Positions 60,912-64,000 of a DNA stretch of 64,000 nt are shown here, one piece after another. The DNA lies in the NCBI RefSeq assembly GCF_006345805.1, contig NC_042997.1:193378001-193442000 (forward strand), read 5' to 3'. This DNA is from Octopus sinensis. Its lineage: Eukaryota. How positions within the stretch are numbered: the first letter of the stretch is position 1; the number at the start of each line of letters is the position of its first letter. The notes beneath the pieces were generated by a model. It made no database searches. It was not told the DNA's origin and saw nothing but the letters and a program-made list of their open reading frames with translations. Made by a program: the position numbers and the translations under genes.

Positions 60912-62085
60912 CAATATCGTCTCTCATTGCTATCTTCACTGTTTGAGAAGAGTATTAAGAATGACCTCGGTCGAGATTACAAACAGCTTTGGCTAGTTTA
61001 ACATTGTTGTAAACACTAATTCGATTGGCTGACACGTTGGTCTCTACTACGCTCGCACCGCTGGTTATAACTTGGCGCAAAATGTCTCGACTTATTTTCG
61101 CGCCATAGTCCAAGCAGCCAATCACAGCTTTCCATTTCTGAAGTTCACTGGGAGCCTGGTGAAGCTTATAAAACAAGGTTTCTCAGAAAAATATTCGTCT
61201 TAGGTTTCCAGTCCTTCTCAGGGCGAACCTCTGACCACACAGAGCTCGTCTTAGGTTTCCAGTCCTTCTCAGGCGAACCTCTGACCACACAGAGCTCGTC
61301 GTAGGCTTTTAGTTCTTTTAAGAGCTAAGTCTCTGACCACACAGAGAATACTCGACCAAGTTCCAGTTTCGAGGCAAGCGACCACCATTATACAAGATGT
61401 TACAGATACCTAACATACTGTTAGTGTGAAATATCACCATGAAGAAAACGGTTACAAGATATCTATAACTAGAGAACAATAACCAAGCAGAACATCTGAT
61501 GAAGAAGCAGCAAGAACCAATCGACAAACATCGAAGATTTAAATTGTACACGAGACGACAACAGATTCAACTATAGCGGTTAGGTGAAATTCTCGCCACG
61601 AAGAAAACGGCTACAGTAACATGTCTGGAAGTATATTCATATCAAGAGAAAGAGAAACACAACGAGTGATTCAATTAATCTCAACTGCGACACGCAATAC
61701 CTTGATATAGAACTCTTACAGTGTACCTCATAAACGGTAAATCAATTATCTGTTCTTGGGTTCTAGTTTCTTCTAAGAACTACCTTAAGCCATCTGTTAT
61801 TACCTGTTGCCAAGCCGATACCAACAACATTAACTGTGAATCAAATCCCATCGACAATTCACTGGTCAGTACCTTTTTACGCCTAACGAACACACAGACA
61901 CAAAAACATGCGAACACTTACAACTTCCAACATCAAACATGATTGTAAAATATGTAAAATAAATAATGTATATATCTTAAAAAGAAATCTTGTTGTCATT
62001 ACAAACTTATGTGTATTGCCGCTGCATGTAAAATATAGTCAGTAAAATATATTAATAAGAATAGGATCACGTAACTATTTTTATA
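60907..62085. mobile_element. Probable solo LTR inserted in the last codons of DCTD copy 5
   Basis: 4-bp TSD TCCC (60903-60906, 62086-62089). Starts TGTAGCAATA and ends TATTTTTATA (degenerate inverted end). TATAAAA at about 61167; internal 51-bp tandem duplication 61195-61295. The DCTD 3' end resumes after it. Confidence 0.7.
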
Positions 62086-64000
62086 TCCCCCATTTCTGAA
62101 CTTTCACTTTAGTCAGATGCGAACAAAAACACTTGGAATTCATTATATTGCCAACATTGCCTTTTCATAATGATATCCTGTTATATTTTCTAGCTAAAAT
62201 TAATGGAACTGGTGAAGATTTTCTAATTTTTATATGAAATATTAACTGCTGTATTTTTAACGAAAATTTTTATTCCATTTCGTTTTCGTTTGTGTGTACA
62301 TAAAATTTTAACTGCCTCTTTCTAAGAAAATGAAACTATCCACATTTGTTCCAATACGCAGTAGCGTAGCTGGGGTGGGGTATGTGTGCATTTTGGGCCG
62401 CACTTTTAAATTCTTAGATTATTCACATTGTAGTCTTTGTTTAACTTTCAAGTTTATTTGAATTTTATTTGAATTTTATTCTTTATTTTAAAAACTATTC
62501 ATTCAAATCTTGATAAGCATGTTATTGTCTGAATTTTTCAACCATAGTTTCAAATTCCACTAATTCTCGGAATTTCCTTATGAATATTTTATTCATAATC
62601 TATGTTGTACACACCCCCAAACTGTCAACGTCAGATGACCCAAATAAAGCAGAGGAAACAAGCAATGGAATTATTTCTATTCATATCCTAAAAGATACAG
62701 AATATCTCTGTCAGTGGTTCACAACTGGGATTTATATGGACCCTGAGGGGGACCATGTAAGGTTTTGTTGCTAAAATTTTCATCTACATTAAATTGGTTC
62801 TATTTGTACAATACACAAAATATTTTAGTTTTGTTTTAATACAATTCTTCATAATATTATAAAAGTATAATAGGATTTCTTTAAACGACGAACGGCTATG
62901 GGTGATTCACCTGTGTAAATTGGGAATCAAAGGGGGCCATAGGTGAAAAGTGGTTGAGAACCACTTATCTATGTAATTAAAGTCTTAAAGTTTGGATCTT
63001 TTCAGTTTGACCGGCAGATTTTTAAAATAATTACTTTGTAACTAAATACTTTAAAACTTTGTATACTGGTAGAATGTGTTACATAAAACATCTTCTCATG
63101 GTTTTCTTGAGAAAATTCTGTAGTTTGTAACAACAAATAGCTTACAAACTACAGAATTTTCTCAAGAAAGCCAAGAGAAAAAGATGTTTTATGTAACACA
63201 CTACCAATATATGAAGTTTGAAAGTTTTCAGTTACAAAGAAATTATTTTAAAAATCTACTGGTCAAAGTGAAAAGATCTTAAAGTTTTAACTGTGAGAGC
63301 AAATGAAATAATATCAGGTATCATATAAAAGTGATATATAACAAATGTCTTAAACTATGAAATATAAAAATTAAAAAGTATTGTTTGGAATATGCAATAT
63401 TTATAATGTAGTCAGTTGTTCTGTTGATTTATATTTTTCTATCTTGAAATAAATATGTTATCAATTCTTATGTTTTTCTAACTTTACTGATGAACTATCC
63501 TCAAAAATTTCATATTCTTTCTACTTCTTCATAACATTTCATTGAAGATATTTTTCTGTGAAATTCACCTGTTGCAGCCAGAAGTCATATTGTATTTTCC
63601 AGCATATATATTTCTTTACTGCCCACAAGGGGCTAAACATAGAGGGGACAGACAAAGGGATTAAGTTGATTACATCGACCGCAGTGCGTTAACTGGTAGT
63701 TTATTTATCGACCCCGAAAGGATGAAAGGCAAAATCGACCTTGGCGTAATTTGAACTCAGAACGTAACGACAGACAAAATACCTATTTCTTTACTACCCA
63801 CAAGGGGCTAAACACAGAGAGGACAAAGAAGGACAGACAACGGATTAAGTCGATTATATCGACCCCAGTGCGTAACTAGTACTTATTTAATCAACCCCGA
63901 AAGGATGAAAAGCAATGTCAACCTCGGCGGAATTTGATCTCAGAATGTAATGACTGTCAAAATACAGCTAAGCATTTTGCCCAGCGTGCTAACGTTTCTG

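Larger units (their letters stand above)
45888..64000 (+). repeat. Tandem segmental array carrying the DCTD copies
   Basis: Four homologous spacers (about 48885-50190, 51011-52335, 58505-59935, 62410-64000) with the same MITE and SINE order; A-type upstream at 45888, 54020 (partial) and 56405. Confidence 0.9.

Overview
AT-rich, repeat-dense animal genomic DNA. The SINE, LINE and Helitron families and the (TA)n/(CA)n load look like an octopus genome; this is recognition from memory, not a database result. Only three kinds of host gene are supportable, and all lack introns in the coding region. (1) CEBPZ (Mak21/Noc1 family), 16841-19906 (+). (2) A 1867-aa cytoplasmic protein, 28217-33820 (-), apparently built from about six tandem NHL-like beta-propellers. 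(3) A tandem array of at least five dCMP deaminase (DCTD) copies from about 45.9 kb to the window end. The DCTD array is the most unusual feature. It has two subfamilies: three copies keep the catalytic HAE motif and two share HAE>HAG. Differences between copies are overwhelmingly amino-acid-changing, and shared variants form a mosaic suggesting gene conversion. The rest is nested transposon debris: mariner, Penelope-like, CR1, RTE, RLE-clade LINEs, Helitrons, several MITE families, tRNA-derived SINEs and a probable solo LTR. It includes Penelope-type minimal hammerhead ribozyme motifs, a Helitron palindrome with a preserved empty site, and telomere-repeat-bearing MITEs. No rRNA, bona fide tRNA gene or CRISPR array was found. 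Coordinates of degraded repeats are approximate.
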